A stretch of DNA of 64,000 bases from Bacteroidales bacterium (lineage in GTDB: Bacteria; Bacteroidota; Bacteroidia; Bacteroidales; WCHB1-69), in contig JAGCVQ010000028.1 of assembly GCA_017962275.1 (NCBI GenBank), positions 3,740-67,739 on the forward strand. The letters are read 5' to 3'. Below, in pieces: positions 17,758 to 25,900 of this stretch. Each line of letters starts with the position of its first letter. Positions within the stretch are counted from its first letter, which is position 1. Under the pieces are notes generated by a model, which saw nothing but the letters and a program-made list of their open reading frames with translations, ran no database searches and was not told the origin of the DNA. Position numbers and translations under genes: made by a program.

Positions 17758-18855
17758 TCTCCTATAGCACCGTCTTCTGGCAATGACCTCGGAGTCATAT
17801 TTTTCCCAGATGCGGGCGGCGATGTTGTCCTCTAACTGTTGCGAGGTGTAGGCGTACTCGAAACCGTGGCGCAGGAAAGCTTCATGGAGCTGTTTGTGGT
17901 AGATGGCGTGGATGCCCGTGTGTGCATATTCGGGCAGCACGCCTGTGAGCAGCAAATCGACGCTGGTGTTCTTGTGGAGGTCGTGGAGGATGTGGAACGC
18001 CCCGAAAGGCCACATCTTGCCGTTCGCCTTTTGGAACGCCCGGTTCAAGGAGGGGATGCTCATGGCGATGCCGACCAGACGCCCGTTGTCGTCTTCCAGA
18101 AATGACACTAAGTCGAGGATCCCGACGGAAAGGTTCTTGTCGATAATCCAGGTCATCTCCTCATGCGTGAGCGGGATGAAGTTGAAGATGTTGTGGTAAC
18201 TTTCGTTCAGCACCTCCAAGAAGGTGTAGCCGTCTTTCTTCAGTTGCTCCTTGTCTTTGATTTCGCGCAAATGGACATGGTATTTCTTCCCCAAAAGATC
18301 CGCCAGACGGGAGATGCGCTCCGAAACGGGAGTGACTTTCACTTTGTACTGGATATAGTCCACCTCCTTCTCAAATCCCAATTGATTCATGAATTCGGGA
18401 TAATAGGGGTAGTTGTAGTCGGCCCCGATGGAGGCGATGTGGTCGAAACCGTCCACCAGCATGGCCTGCTTCTCCATGTTGGAATAGCGTGAAGGACCGC
18501 AGATTTCCGTGAGCCCTTGCGATTTCCCCCAATCTTCCACCGTTTGGAACAGATTTCGGGCCACTTCTGCATCTTCGATGACGTCAAACCAGGCGAAGCG
18601 GATGCGCTGTTGTCCCTTGATTTCGTTGTATCGGCGGTTGATGATGCCTGCAATGCGCCCGACCATCTTTTCGTCGCGCCAGGCCGTCCACATCCGCAGG
18701 TCGCAAAACGCCAAGGCGGGATGTTCGGTCAGCAGTTGTTCCTCACTTTTGTCCAAGGCAGGCACGTAGTAAGGGCAATCTTTGTATAACTTATGGGGAA
18801 ATTGGATAAACCTCCTCAAGTCTTCTTTGCTATTAACTTCTTTTATGTCAATCAT
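17749..18855 (-). CDS. GNAT-like acyltransferase family protein (function uncertain)
   Basis: About 368 aa, a conserved Bacteroidota family recalled as N-acetyltransferase. Start set at ATG 18855 because the TTG at 18888 lies inside the -7 box. Confidence 0.5.
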   Translation of the reverse strand: MIDIKEVNSKEDLRRFIQFPHKLYKDCPYYVPALDKSEEQLLTEHPALAFCDLRMWTAWRDEKMVGRIAGIINRRYNEIKGQQRIRFAWFDVIEDAEVARNLFQTVEDWGKSQGLTEICGPSRYSNMEKQAMLVDGFDHIASIGADYNYPYYPEFMNQLGFEKEVDYIQYKVKVTPVSERISRLADLLGKKYHVHLREIKDKEQLKKDGYTFLEVLNESYHNIFNFIPLTHEEMTWIIDKNLSVGILDLVSFLEDDNGRLVGIAMSIPSLNRAFQKANGKMWPFGAFHILHDLHKNTSVDLLLTGVLPEYAHTGIHAIYHKQLHEAFLRHGFEYAYTSQQLEDNIAARIWEKYDSEVIARRRCYRRGL

Positions 18856-18885
18856 TTGCTTAATCTTTCGGGGTGAAATCCGCAG

Positions 18886-18893
18886 CAAAGATA
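18886..18893 (-). promoter_or_regulatory. -7 promoter box TAtcTTTG (minus strand)
   Basis: Reverse complement of CAAAGATA, about 30 nt upstream of ATG 18855. Confidence 0.5.
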
Positions 18894-18921
18894 CTAATTT
18901 TTGGAAATAGTAGAAAAAGAT

Positions 18922-18929
18922 TATTTTTG
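18922..18929 (+). promoter_or_regulatory. -7 promoter box TAttTTTG for mtgA
   Basis: TAnnTTTG 29 nt upstream of ATG 18958. Confidence 0.5.
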
Positions 18930-18957
18930 CGCCCCGAAAAAAAAAGAGATTATTGAT

Positions 18958-19746
18958 ATGTCGAAGAAATCAAATTCGTCAAAAGGTCGGACGTTTTGGA
19001 GACGGTTGGGCAAGATAGTGCTTATCTTGTTCGCCATCAGTGTTTTGTTGCCGATACTGTATCGTTGGGTGAATCCCCCGGTGACGACCTTCCAGTGCGT
19101 GCAGGCGGTGAAGAACGGCACGGGTATCCATAAGAAGTGGGTGCCGATAGAGAAGATTTCGCCCTACATGTATCGCGCCGCCATCGCGTCGGAAGACAAC
19201 TACTTCCTCGGGCACAACGGCTTCGATGTCATCGCCCTCAACACGGTGATGGAGGAACGCAAGAGCGGCAGGCGGAAGCGCGGCGGCAGCACCATTTCGC
19301 AGCAGACGGCCAAGAACGTTTTCTGCTGGCCGAAGAGCTCGTGGGTGCGCAAGGGCGTGGAGACCTATTTCACTTTCCTGATTGAGACGTTCTGGTCGAA
19401 AGAGCGCATCATGGAAGTTTATCTGAACGTGATTGAGATGGGACCGGGCATTTATGGGGCGGAGAAGGCGGCGCAGACCTACTTTAACTGCCACGCCTCG
19501 CAGCTCACGGCGCATCAGGCGGCCCTGATCACGGCGTGTTATCCGAACCCGCAAAAGCGGAATCCCGCTCACCCTACACCGTATTTGCGGGGCCGTGCCG
19601 CCAATATCGAGGGCAAGATGGCCCGATACGGCACCCCGAAGTTCACGAAGGAGTACATTTCCCACGTGCGCGAACGTTATCTGAAATCCGTCGAGAAAAT
19701 GGAGCAGCGGAAGAAAAAACAGCAGGGAAAGAAGAAAAAGAGATAA
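18958..19746 (+). CDS. mtgA: monofunctional peptidoglycan glycosyltransferase
   Basis: GT51 motifs EDNYFLGHNGFD and GGSTISQQTAKN, with an N-terminal TM anchor. Confidence 0.88.
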   Translation: MSKKSNSSKGRTFWRRLGKIVLILFAISVLLPILYRWVNPPVTTFQCVQAVKNGTGIHKKWVPIEKISPYMYRAAIASEDNYFLGHNGFDVIALNTVMEERKSGRRKRGGSTISQQTAKNVFCWPKSSWVRKGVETYFTFLIETFWSKERIMEVYLNVIEMGPGIYGAEKAAQTYFNCHASQLTAHQAALITACYPNPQKRNPAHPTPYLRGRAANIEGKMARYGTPKFTKEYISHVRERYLKSVEKMEQRKKKQQGKKKKR

Positions 19747-19756
19747 AACAGGACAT

Positions 19757-19796
19757 AAAAAAACGCACTCGCAGTAACATGCAAGTGCGTTTTTTT
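19757..19796. terminator. bidirectional terminator hairpin between convergent genes
   Basis: ACGCACT/AGTGCGT stem flanked by an A7 run and a T7 run. Confidence 0.6.
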
Positions 19797-19810
19797 GTTA
19801 TCGGGCGAGG

Positions 19811-20062
19811 TTATTTCCGTTTGAACAGAGAAACCACGAAAAGCAACACGCATGCGCCGATGACGGAGGTGATGATCTCCCATACGAGACCGCCCTTCTC
19901 GATGCCGACTAAGCTCATGAGCCAGCCGCCAAGGAAACCGCCGATAATACCGATGATAATGTTGACAATCAGGCCGGAGCCGCCGCCTTTCATCAGTTTG
20001 CTGGCTAACCAGCCGGCCACTGCGCCGATAAGCAGGAAAATGATAATGCTTGCAATGTCCAT
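19811..20062 (-). CDS. GlsB/YeaQ/YmgE family stress-response membrane protein
   Basis: Gly-rich TM pattern GAVAGWLA...GIIGGFLGGW. Start is at the internal ATG downstream of the promoter box. Confidence 0.8.
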   Translation of the reverse strand: MDIASIIIFLLIGAVAGWLASKLMKGGGSGLIVNIIIGIIGGFLGGWLMSLVGIEKGGLVWEIITSVIGACVLLFVVSLFKRK

Positions 20063-20097
20063 AGTGTTTGATTTTGGTGAAACAATAATTGATGGGG

Positions 20098-20105
20098 CAA
20101 AAATA
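20098..20105 (-). promoter_or_regulatory. -7 promoter box TAttTTTG (minus strand)
   Basis: Reverse complement of CAAAAATA, 36 nt upstream of the start at 20062. Confidence 0.5.
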
Positions 20106-20133
20106 AGAAATTTGTTGGTTTGTTGTACTTCGG

Positions 20134-20221
20134 CCAATGACTATATAGTCAAGTGCCTGTGACTATATAGTCATGAGCCAATGCCTATATAGTCATGAGC
20201 TGATGCCTATATACGTTTACG
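20134..20221. repeat. four tandem 22-bp units carrying the palindrome GACTATATAGTC
   Basis: Units start at 20134, 20156, 20178 and 20200. Two have a perfect 12-bp palindrome and two are degenerate. Confidence 0.85.
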
Positions 20222-21070
20222 TACGAGAACCGAATTCGAAACGCCGCGCTCCCCTTCGTGGTCAAACCTGCCGTTGTCGGAGGGACAGTTGATAACGCCT
20301 TGGAAATTCCCGATGTCCAGGTACATCGTGGTGGAGCCGCCGCCGTCGAGGTTGAGGGCATCGCGGCAGCCAAGCCAGCGGAGAATTTTCTGTAACTCCG
20401 TGAGCGACAGTCCTTCCGCTTGCTTGAACCGGCCGTCGGCCACGAACAGCAAGACGGTGCCGTCTTCGCGGATGCCCAAAGCGGTGCGGTTGTGTCGGTT
20501 GGTGACGAAGGTACGGTCGTCGCGCATGTACTGCAGCGTGTCGTGCCAGATGAGTAATGGTCCGGCGGTCATGATGTCGGGGTAGGGGAGCGCGTCCTCC
20601 CAATGTCGGGAAGAGTCGGTTTTGAGGATAACGACGCTGTCACCGCCCAGACAGAGGGTGCCGTATTGGTAGTATTTGCGGTTCACGGTGTCCTTGCCGG
20701 GGGTGTTCTCACCGAGGTTCACGCTGTCGATGCGAAGGTAGCAGATGGGATAGTGTTTTTCCATGTCGAAAAAGGAGCCGTTGACCGCCGCTACTGCGTC
20801 GTGTTTCTTTGCCATCTCGGAGGTTTTCGTGCGACGCGGCTCGTGCGCGAACGCCAACGTATAGTGCGCAGTATCAGGAATTTCCAACACAATAATCTGC
20901 TGATTCGAGGCGAAGAGCTGTTTTTCGTTGAACAGACATTGATGCAACACCATTCCGTCCAAGGTGTCGGTTTTCCAGTTGCCATTCACGAAAGCAAGAG
21001 AATCTCGCTGAGCCTGCAAGCAGAACGCAAAAGCGAGAAAAAGTACAATAATATATATATGTCGCTTCAT
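20207..21070 (-). CDS. phosphodiester glycosidase family protein (NAGPA/DUF2233-like), secreted
   Basis: Signal peptide and the C-terminal ALNLDGGGSTTMY motif. Confidence 0.75.
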   Translation of the reverse strand: MKRHIYIIVLFLAFAFCLQAQRDSLAFVNGNWKTDTLDGMVLHQCLFNEKQLFASNQQIIVLEIPDTAHYTLAFAHEPRRTKTSEMAKKHDAVAAVNGSFFDMEKHYPICYLRIDSVNLGENTPGKDTVNRKYYQYGTLCLGGDSVVILKTDSSRHWEDALPYPDIMTAGPLLIWHDTLQYMRDDRTFVTNRHNRTALGIREDGTVLLFVADGRFKQAEGLSLTELQKILRWLGCRDALNLDGGGSTTMYLDIGNFQGVINCPSDNGRFDHEGERGVSNSVLVRKRI

Positions 21071-21085
21071 AGTCCAATCGTCTCA

Positions 21086-22099
21086 TCATCCCTTCAACGC
21101 CTCCATCACACGCTCAATATCCTCATCCGTCGTGTCCCACGAAGTGACGAGCCGGATTTCGTCGTCGGCCTCGTTCCAGTAGTAGAAAAAGGTGGTTTTG
21201 GCGAGACGGTCGGCGACGGGGCGCGGGAGTCTGAGCAGCAGGATGTTACAATCGGTTGACTGGGTGAAGATATCGCCGCGCAGTTCCGTGATGCGTTGAC
21301 GGAGCTTTTGTGCCTGCGCGTTGGCGTGGGCAGCGTTCTTACGCCAAAGGTCGTTCTCGAAGTAGGCGATGAACTGGGCGCTGAGGTAGCGCATCTTCGA
21401 GCTGAGCTGGGCGCACTGCTTGCGGTGGTACTTGAGCTCGGACACCAGCGCGGGGTTCAGCACCACGACCGATTCACCCATCAGCATCCCGTTCTTGGTG
21501 CCTCCGAAGCTGACGATATCGACACCACAGTCGGTGGTCATTTCCTTAAAGCTCTTGCCGAGTTTCACCGCCGCGTTGGCGATGCGGGCGCCGTCGAGAT
21601 GCAGGTACATGCCGAACGGATGGATGAAGTCGGCGATGGCGCGGATCTCCTCGCAGGTATAGACCGTGCCGAGTTCCGAGCACTGCGAGATATAGACGGA
21701 TTTGGGTTGCGAGTGGTGCTCGAAGCCCCAGTTGGTGAGGTGTGGCTCAATGAGTTGCGGGGTCAGTTTGCCGTCGGGCGTGGGAATGGACACCAGCGAG
21801 GCACCTGTCATGAAGGCGGGCGCACCGCACTCATCGACGGCGATGTGGGCGGTCTCGGCGCAGAGAATGCTGTTGAACGACCGCACGCAGGCGCGTTGCG
21901 CGACCACGTTGGCGCCCGTGCCGTTGAAGACGGGGAACACCTCGGCCGTTTCGCCGAACTGCGCTTTGAAAAGCTCACGCAAACGAGCAGTGTAGGTGTC
22001 GTCGCCGTACGCGATCTCATGGTCGGCATTGCACGCGGCAATCGCCTCTAATATAGCGGGATGAACCCCCGAATGGTTGTCACTTCCGAATGATCTCAT
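21086..22099 (-). CDS. ltaE: low-specificity L-threonine aldolase
   Basis: MRSFGSDNHSG N-terminus and a PLP-fold aldolase. The upstream 75 codons of the ORF were rejected because they run through the promoter and repeat region. Confidence 0.85.
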   Translation of the reverse strand: MRSFGSDNHSGVHPAILEAIAACNADHEIAYGDDTYTARLRELFKAQFGETAEVFPVFNGTGANVVAQRACVRSFNSILCAETAHIAVDECGAPAFMTGASLVSIPTPDGKLTPQLIEPHLTNWGFEHHSQPKSVYISQCSELGTVYTCEEIRAIADFIHPFGMYLHLDGARIANAAVKLGKSFKEMTTDCGVDIVSFGGTKNGMLMGESVVVLNPALVSELKYHRKQCAQLSSKMRYLSAQFIAYFENDLWRKNAAHANAQAQKLRQRITELRGDIFTQSTDCNILLLRLPRPVADRLAKTTFFYYWNEADDEIRLVTSWDTTDEDIERVMEALKG

Positions 22100-22118
22100 C
22101 GTTTTTGGGTTTAGGGTG

Positions 22119-22126
22119 CAAAGGTA
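22119..22126 (-). promoter_or_regulatory. -7 promoter box TAccTTTG (minus strand) for ltaE
   Basis: Reverse complement of CAAAGGTA, 20 nt upstream of the start at 22099. Confidence 0.5.
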
Positions 22127-22202
22127 GGAATTTTTTTGAACGTATGAAAAATCTCGAAAATCATTGATGAAGGGATGTTTTGTTTTCCGTATACTGATAA
22201 TA

Positions 22203-22288
22203 CGAACACAGATGCATACAGATTTACACAGATGGTGGGATGCGTATCTGTGTAAAATATCTGTGTGCATCTGTGAAATCTGTGTTCG
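22203..22288. repeat. dyad of phased CACAGAT repeats (3 forward, 4 inverted)
   Basis: The outer 11 bp, CGAACACAGAT/ATCTGTGTTCG, pair perfectly. Inner units have a period of about 10 bp. Confidence 0.8.
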
Positions 22289-22445
22289 ATTTTTTTGAGA
22301 AAAAGTATTTTTTGAATGTAACATTTTCGAAAAAAATATACTTAGGGATAGAACATGTACAGTCGGAGAGACTATCCGACGCGATGATGGTTATCCTGTC
22401 GCTGTAAAAAACATAACACAATATTGTTATATATCAAAAAAGTTA

Positions 22446-22453
22446 TATTTTTG
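22446..22453 (+). promoter_or_regulatory. -7 promoter box TAttTTTG for hicA
   Basis: TAnnTTTG 31 nt upstream of ATG 22484. Confidence 0.5.
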
Positions 22454-22483
22454 CAGCGGCCAAAAAAACAAAATAACAATGAT

Positions 22484-22666
22484 ATGAAATGGAATGAATT
22501 ACGAAGAATTGCAGAGAGTCATGGGTGGTATCTTTTGCGGACAGGAGGCAATCACGACATATATGCTCATCCGCAGAAGGAGGACATTCTGAAAATAGAG
22601 AGGCATGGTTCGAAAGAGGTGAAAACTGGTCTCTATTACAAATTGAAACGCCAGATAGGGTTCTGA
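22484..22666 (+). CDS. hicA: type II toxin HicA (mRNA interferase)
   Basis: 60 aa with the GWYLLRTGGNHDIYAHP motif. Confidence 0.85.
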   Translation: MKWNELRRIAESHGWYLLRTGGNHDIYAHPQKEDILKIERHGSKEVKTGLYYKLKRQIGF

Positions 22667-22684
22667 TAATTAAATAAAAGGAGT

Positions 22685-23089
22685 ATGAAAAGAAGAACAG
22701 CATTGATTGAAATGGGCAAAGATGGTACGTTCACTATCTTCACCCCAGACACCAAATCCACCGTTTTCGGAGACGGCAACACAGTGGCCGAAGCCAAAGC
22801 TGATTTTGAAAACTCGGTGAAAGAATTTATTGAAGTGTTCGAAGATATGGGAAGAGAAGACCCTGATGACCTGAAAAACACCACGTTCGTGTACAAATAT
22901 GACATGCCCTCTTTCCTGAACTACTACGATTACCTCAACATGACCAAACTGGCCAACATGTCGGGCATCAACCCTTCGCTGATGCGCCAGTATAAAAGAG
23001 GACAGTATATCTCGGAAAAGCAGGTGTCGAAGATACAGACTGCCATTCACAAAATCGGGAAAGAGTTGCTGGCGGTGCGGCTGGTGTAA
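22685..23089 (+). CDS. hicB: HicB-family antitoxin with C-terminal HTH
   Basis: Lies immediately after hicA. N-terminal HicB-like fold and a C-terminal HTH-like segment. Confidence 0.7.
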   Translation: MKRRTALIEMGKDGTFTIFTPDTKSTVFGDGNTVAEAKADFENSVKEFIEVFEDMGREDPDDLKNTTFVYKYDMPSFLNYYDYLNMTKLANMSGINPSLMRQYKRGQYISEKQVSKIQTAIHKIGKELLAVRLV

Positions 23090-23149
23090 TAGTTGTTGTG
23101 TCGATGGTTCTATCGGTAGTCTGCCAGCCATTTCTGAACCTTCTCGCTT

Positions 23150-23809
23150 TCATTCCGACATCTTCTTCCACTTTTCTGGAATAACGAATGATTTGTCTCC
23201 ATTTGCGACCACATCTTCCATAATTGACCTCATAAATCGTGGCAAGTTGTTTTTCATTAGGACAGGCTTGCTGCGATGGTGCAACAAGTTGTCTTTGATG
23301 TCATTGCTGTAGTTTGTCGGCGGGAAATACACCTTGATATTCTTTTGTGGGAACAACCGTTGAATATACTCTAACGGAGGGATAAGGTCACTGTCGGCAC
23401 TAACCAACGCTACCGTGTCCGTCTTATCTTCCATACAATCAGCAAGCATCCTTACAGAAATATTCACATCGGTTTTCTTCTCCTCAGGTTTTGAAATGGA
23501 TGCATTGCAGTACGGACAAATGATACTTTTGTCCATATATTTTCCTCTGACTATTTCAAATTTGTCTCCATTGATCAGTTTGTTAGCGTTGAGAAAAGAA
23601 CCTTGGCGACTGTTTTTTGAAGGATTCATAGGGCTTGCGGTAAAGTAAACAACCTTTTCAAGCGTTTGACCATCTCCAAGAAAACTCTCGCATAGTTTCA
23701 CGACATCAATCCAATAGCATTTACCCCAGTTTTTATCAATGTTGCGGGCGCGCTTGATACCGAAATAGAAATTGAATCCGTCAATGTAGAATGTAACCCT
23801 TTTTGTCAT
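23150..23809 (-). CDS. NYN (LabA/DUF88-like) domain protein with CxxC insert
   Basis: FYIDGFNFY N-terminus and the SADSDLIP acidic motif typical of NYN/PIN-like RNases. Confidence 0.75.
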   Translation of the reverse strand: MTKRVTFYIDGFNFYFGIKRARNIDKNWGKCYWIDVVKLCESFLGDGQTLEKVVYFTASPMNPSKNSRQGSFLNANKLINGDKFEIVRGKYMDKSIICPYCNASISKPEEKKTDVNISVRMLADCMEDKTDTVALVSADSDLIPPLEYIQRLFPQKNIKVYFPPTNYSNDIKDNLLHHRSKPVLMKNNLPRFMRSIMEDVVANGDKSFVIPEKWKKMSE

Positions 23810-24040
23810 AATTCACAGTTTTTTATAAAAAAGAGCCACTGAAAAGTGGCCCGTGTCCTTACAAGAAAGTAAGGCGTTGCTTTCATGCTGCAAAAATACA
23901 AAAATTTCGATTCAATTTTTATTAGAAGAAAAAAATAATTGTGAAAGTCTTTTCAAAATCGTTTTGGTAGTTTCTCTCCATTTGCGAGGACACAGATACC
24001 TCCATATTAGGCCTCTTCCAATGCTCGGAGGTATCGACTC

Positions 24041-25900
24041 CTAGAACTGAAAATAGATGAACGGCTGCAAATCCGCAGTGACGAATTGGTAGAGGACAAA
24101 GACGACTGCGACGACGATGAGTCCCATCAGCCAGAGCGGGAGCATGGCGAAGTTGATGCGGTACCAGCGTTTCCAACGGTCTGGGAGCCAGTGGATAATC
24201 ATGCCTAATACGAACATGATGAAGACGGAGCTGTAGTTGGCGATGATGTCGGGGATGGCCGCCACGTTCCACTGCCCGCCGATGCTGTTGACCATCGCTT
24301 TTGCGGTCTCCCACGCCGTTTCGTTGGCCGTGGCGGGATCGAGGTTGGAACCGGAACGGAAGAACAAGCGCGTGAAGCTGATGAAGACGAAAGTCTGGAA
24401 GATGCCCCACGTCTTGTCGAGCCACTCCACTGTTTTTTCGGGTTTGATGAGCGTGAAGATGGTCTTGATGAGCGTGCCCACAAACCATACGCCAGTCCAC
24501 ACCACACCGATCATCAATGCGGGATGAGGCCACAGGTGATTGGTAATCAAGAAGGTGACGAAGAATACCGTGGCGATGGTACTGCGTACCAACATATTGC
24601 AGTGCCGCCAAATCTTGTACGCCAAGATACCGATGCCATTCAGACCGCCCCAAATCATGAAGTTCCACGAAGCACCGTGCCAAAGACCTCCTAACAGCAT
24701 GGTATTCATCATGTTGAGGTTGGTGCTGATCTTCAGCCGCGCCTTCTTGCTTACGATTGAGGCAACAAGCAAAGCAAGCGCGATACCACCGATGATGCAA
24801 GTCACCACAACGCTCTTAGTCAGCAGGATAATGACAGCGGCAATGAGCAAAATGCAGAAATAGGTGCCGAAAGTGGCGTTCCGATTACCGCCGAGCGGAA
24901 TATAGAGGTAGTCTTTCAGCCAGTTGGAGAGCGAAATGTGCCAACGTTTCCAGAAGTTGCCCGGGTTGGTGGCCTTATACGGCGAATTGAAGTTCTTCGG
25001 CAGGTAGAAGCCCATCAGCATGGCCACGCCGATGGCGATGTCGGTGTAGCCCGAGAAGTCGGCATAGACCTGCAGCGAATAGACGAACAGGGCCGACAGG
25101 TTCTCGAACGAGGTGAACAGCGACGGGTTGTTGAAGACTCTATCCACGAAGTTGACCGCCAAGTAGTCGCTCATAATCAGCTTCTTGGCCAAGCCGTTGA
25201 GAATCCAGAAAACCGCGATACCGAACTGCTTTCGGGTCAGGAAGAACTTCTTGTAGAGCTGCGGCACGAATTGGTCGGCGCGGACGATAGGACCTGCCAC
25301 CAACTGCGGGAAGAACGAGACGTAGAACCCGAAGTCGAGGATGTTGCTGACGTGCGCGATCTTCCGCTTATAGACATCCACCAAGTAGCTGATATTCTGG
25401 AAAGTATAGAACGAGATACCAACGGGTAGCAGAATCTTGGAGGCATCGAAATAGTCGGTTCCCGACCAATCGTTGGCCCACTGCGCGAGCCAGTTAATCA
25501 CCTCGTGCTCGCTGCCTACGATGGTGTTGTAGGCATCGGAGCAGAAGTAGGCGTATTTGAAGTAGAAGAGTACCAGCAAGTTAATGACCACACCGGAAAT
25601 CATGAACGTCTTGCGCAGTCCGTTTCGCTGCGATTTGTCCATGAAAACGCCAAGGAAGTAGTCTAAGAAGGTGTCAAACAGCAGGATAAGAACGAAGAGA
25701 CCGGAAGTTTTGTAGTAGAAAAGCAGACTGACGAAGAAGAGGAACGTATTGCGTAACAGCCGTTTGCTTTGGAAGAGGGCGAAAAACGCATACACGATGG
25801 CAAAGAAAGCCCAAAAGTTGAACTGGGTGAACAGCAACGGATGTGTCTCGTCAAATGAGAAAAGGTTGATTAGAAATTGCGAAATATTCTCCCAGGTCAT
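24041..25900 (-). CDS. MBOAT family O-acyltransferase (AlgI/PatA/DltB-like)
   Basis: Polytopic membrane protein with WHISLSNWLKDYLYIPLGGNR and the conserved His region. Confidence 0.9.
   Translation of the reverse strand: MTWENISQFLINLFSFDETHPLLFTQFNFWAFFAIVYAFFALFQSKRLLRNTFLFFVSLLFYYKTSGLFVLILLFDTFLDYFLGVFMDKSQRNGLRKTFMISGVVINLLVLFYFKYAYFCSDAYNTIVGSEHEVINWLAQWANDWSGTDYFDASKILLPVGISFYTFQNISYLVDVYKRKIAHVSNILDFGFYVSFFPQLVAGPIVRADQFVPQLYKKFFLTRKQFGIAVFWILNGLAKKLIMSDYLAVNFVDRVFNNPSLFTSFENLSALFVYSLQVYADFSGYTDIAIGVAMLMGFYLPKNFNSPYKATNPGNFWKRWHISLSNWLKDYLYIPLGGNRNATFGTYFCILLIAAVIILLTKSVVVTCIIGGIALALLVASIVSKKARLKISTNLNMMNTMLLGGLWHGASWNFMIWGGLNGIGILAYKIWRHCNMLVRSTIATVFFVTFLITNHLWPHPALMIGVVWTGVWFVGTLIKTIFTLIKPEKTVEWLDKTWGIFQTFVFISFTRLFFRSGSNLDPATANETAWETAKAMVNSIGGQWNVAAIPDIIANYSSVFIMFVLGMIIHWLPDRWKRWYRINFAMLPLWLMGLIVVAVVFVLYQFVTADLQPFIYFQF

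Noticed and set aside
22100-22324. N-terminal extensions proposed by the ORF track (21086-22324, 29217-29315, 38826-38888, 38911-38970, 12937-13044, 18901-18957, 20063-20137, 58163-58264, 31240-31275, 40443-40475)
   Set aside because: The extensions run through -7 promoter boxes, repeats or palindromes, and the conserved protein N-terminus or signal peptide begins at an internal ATG.
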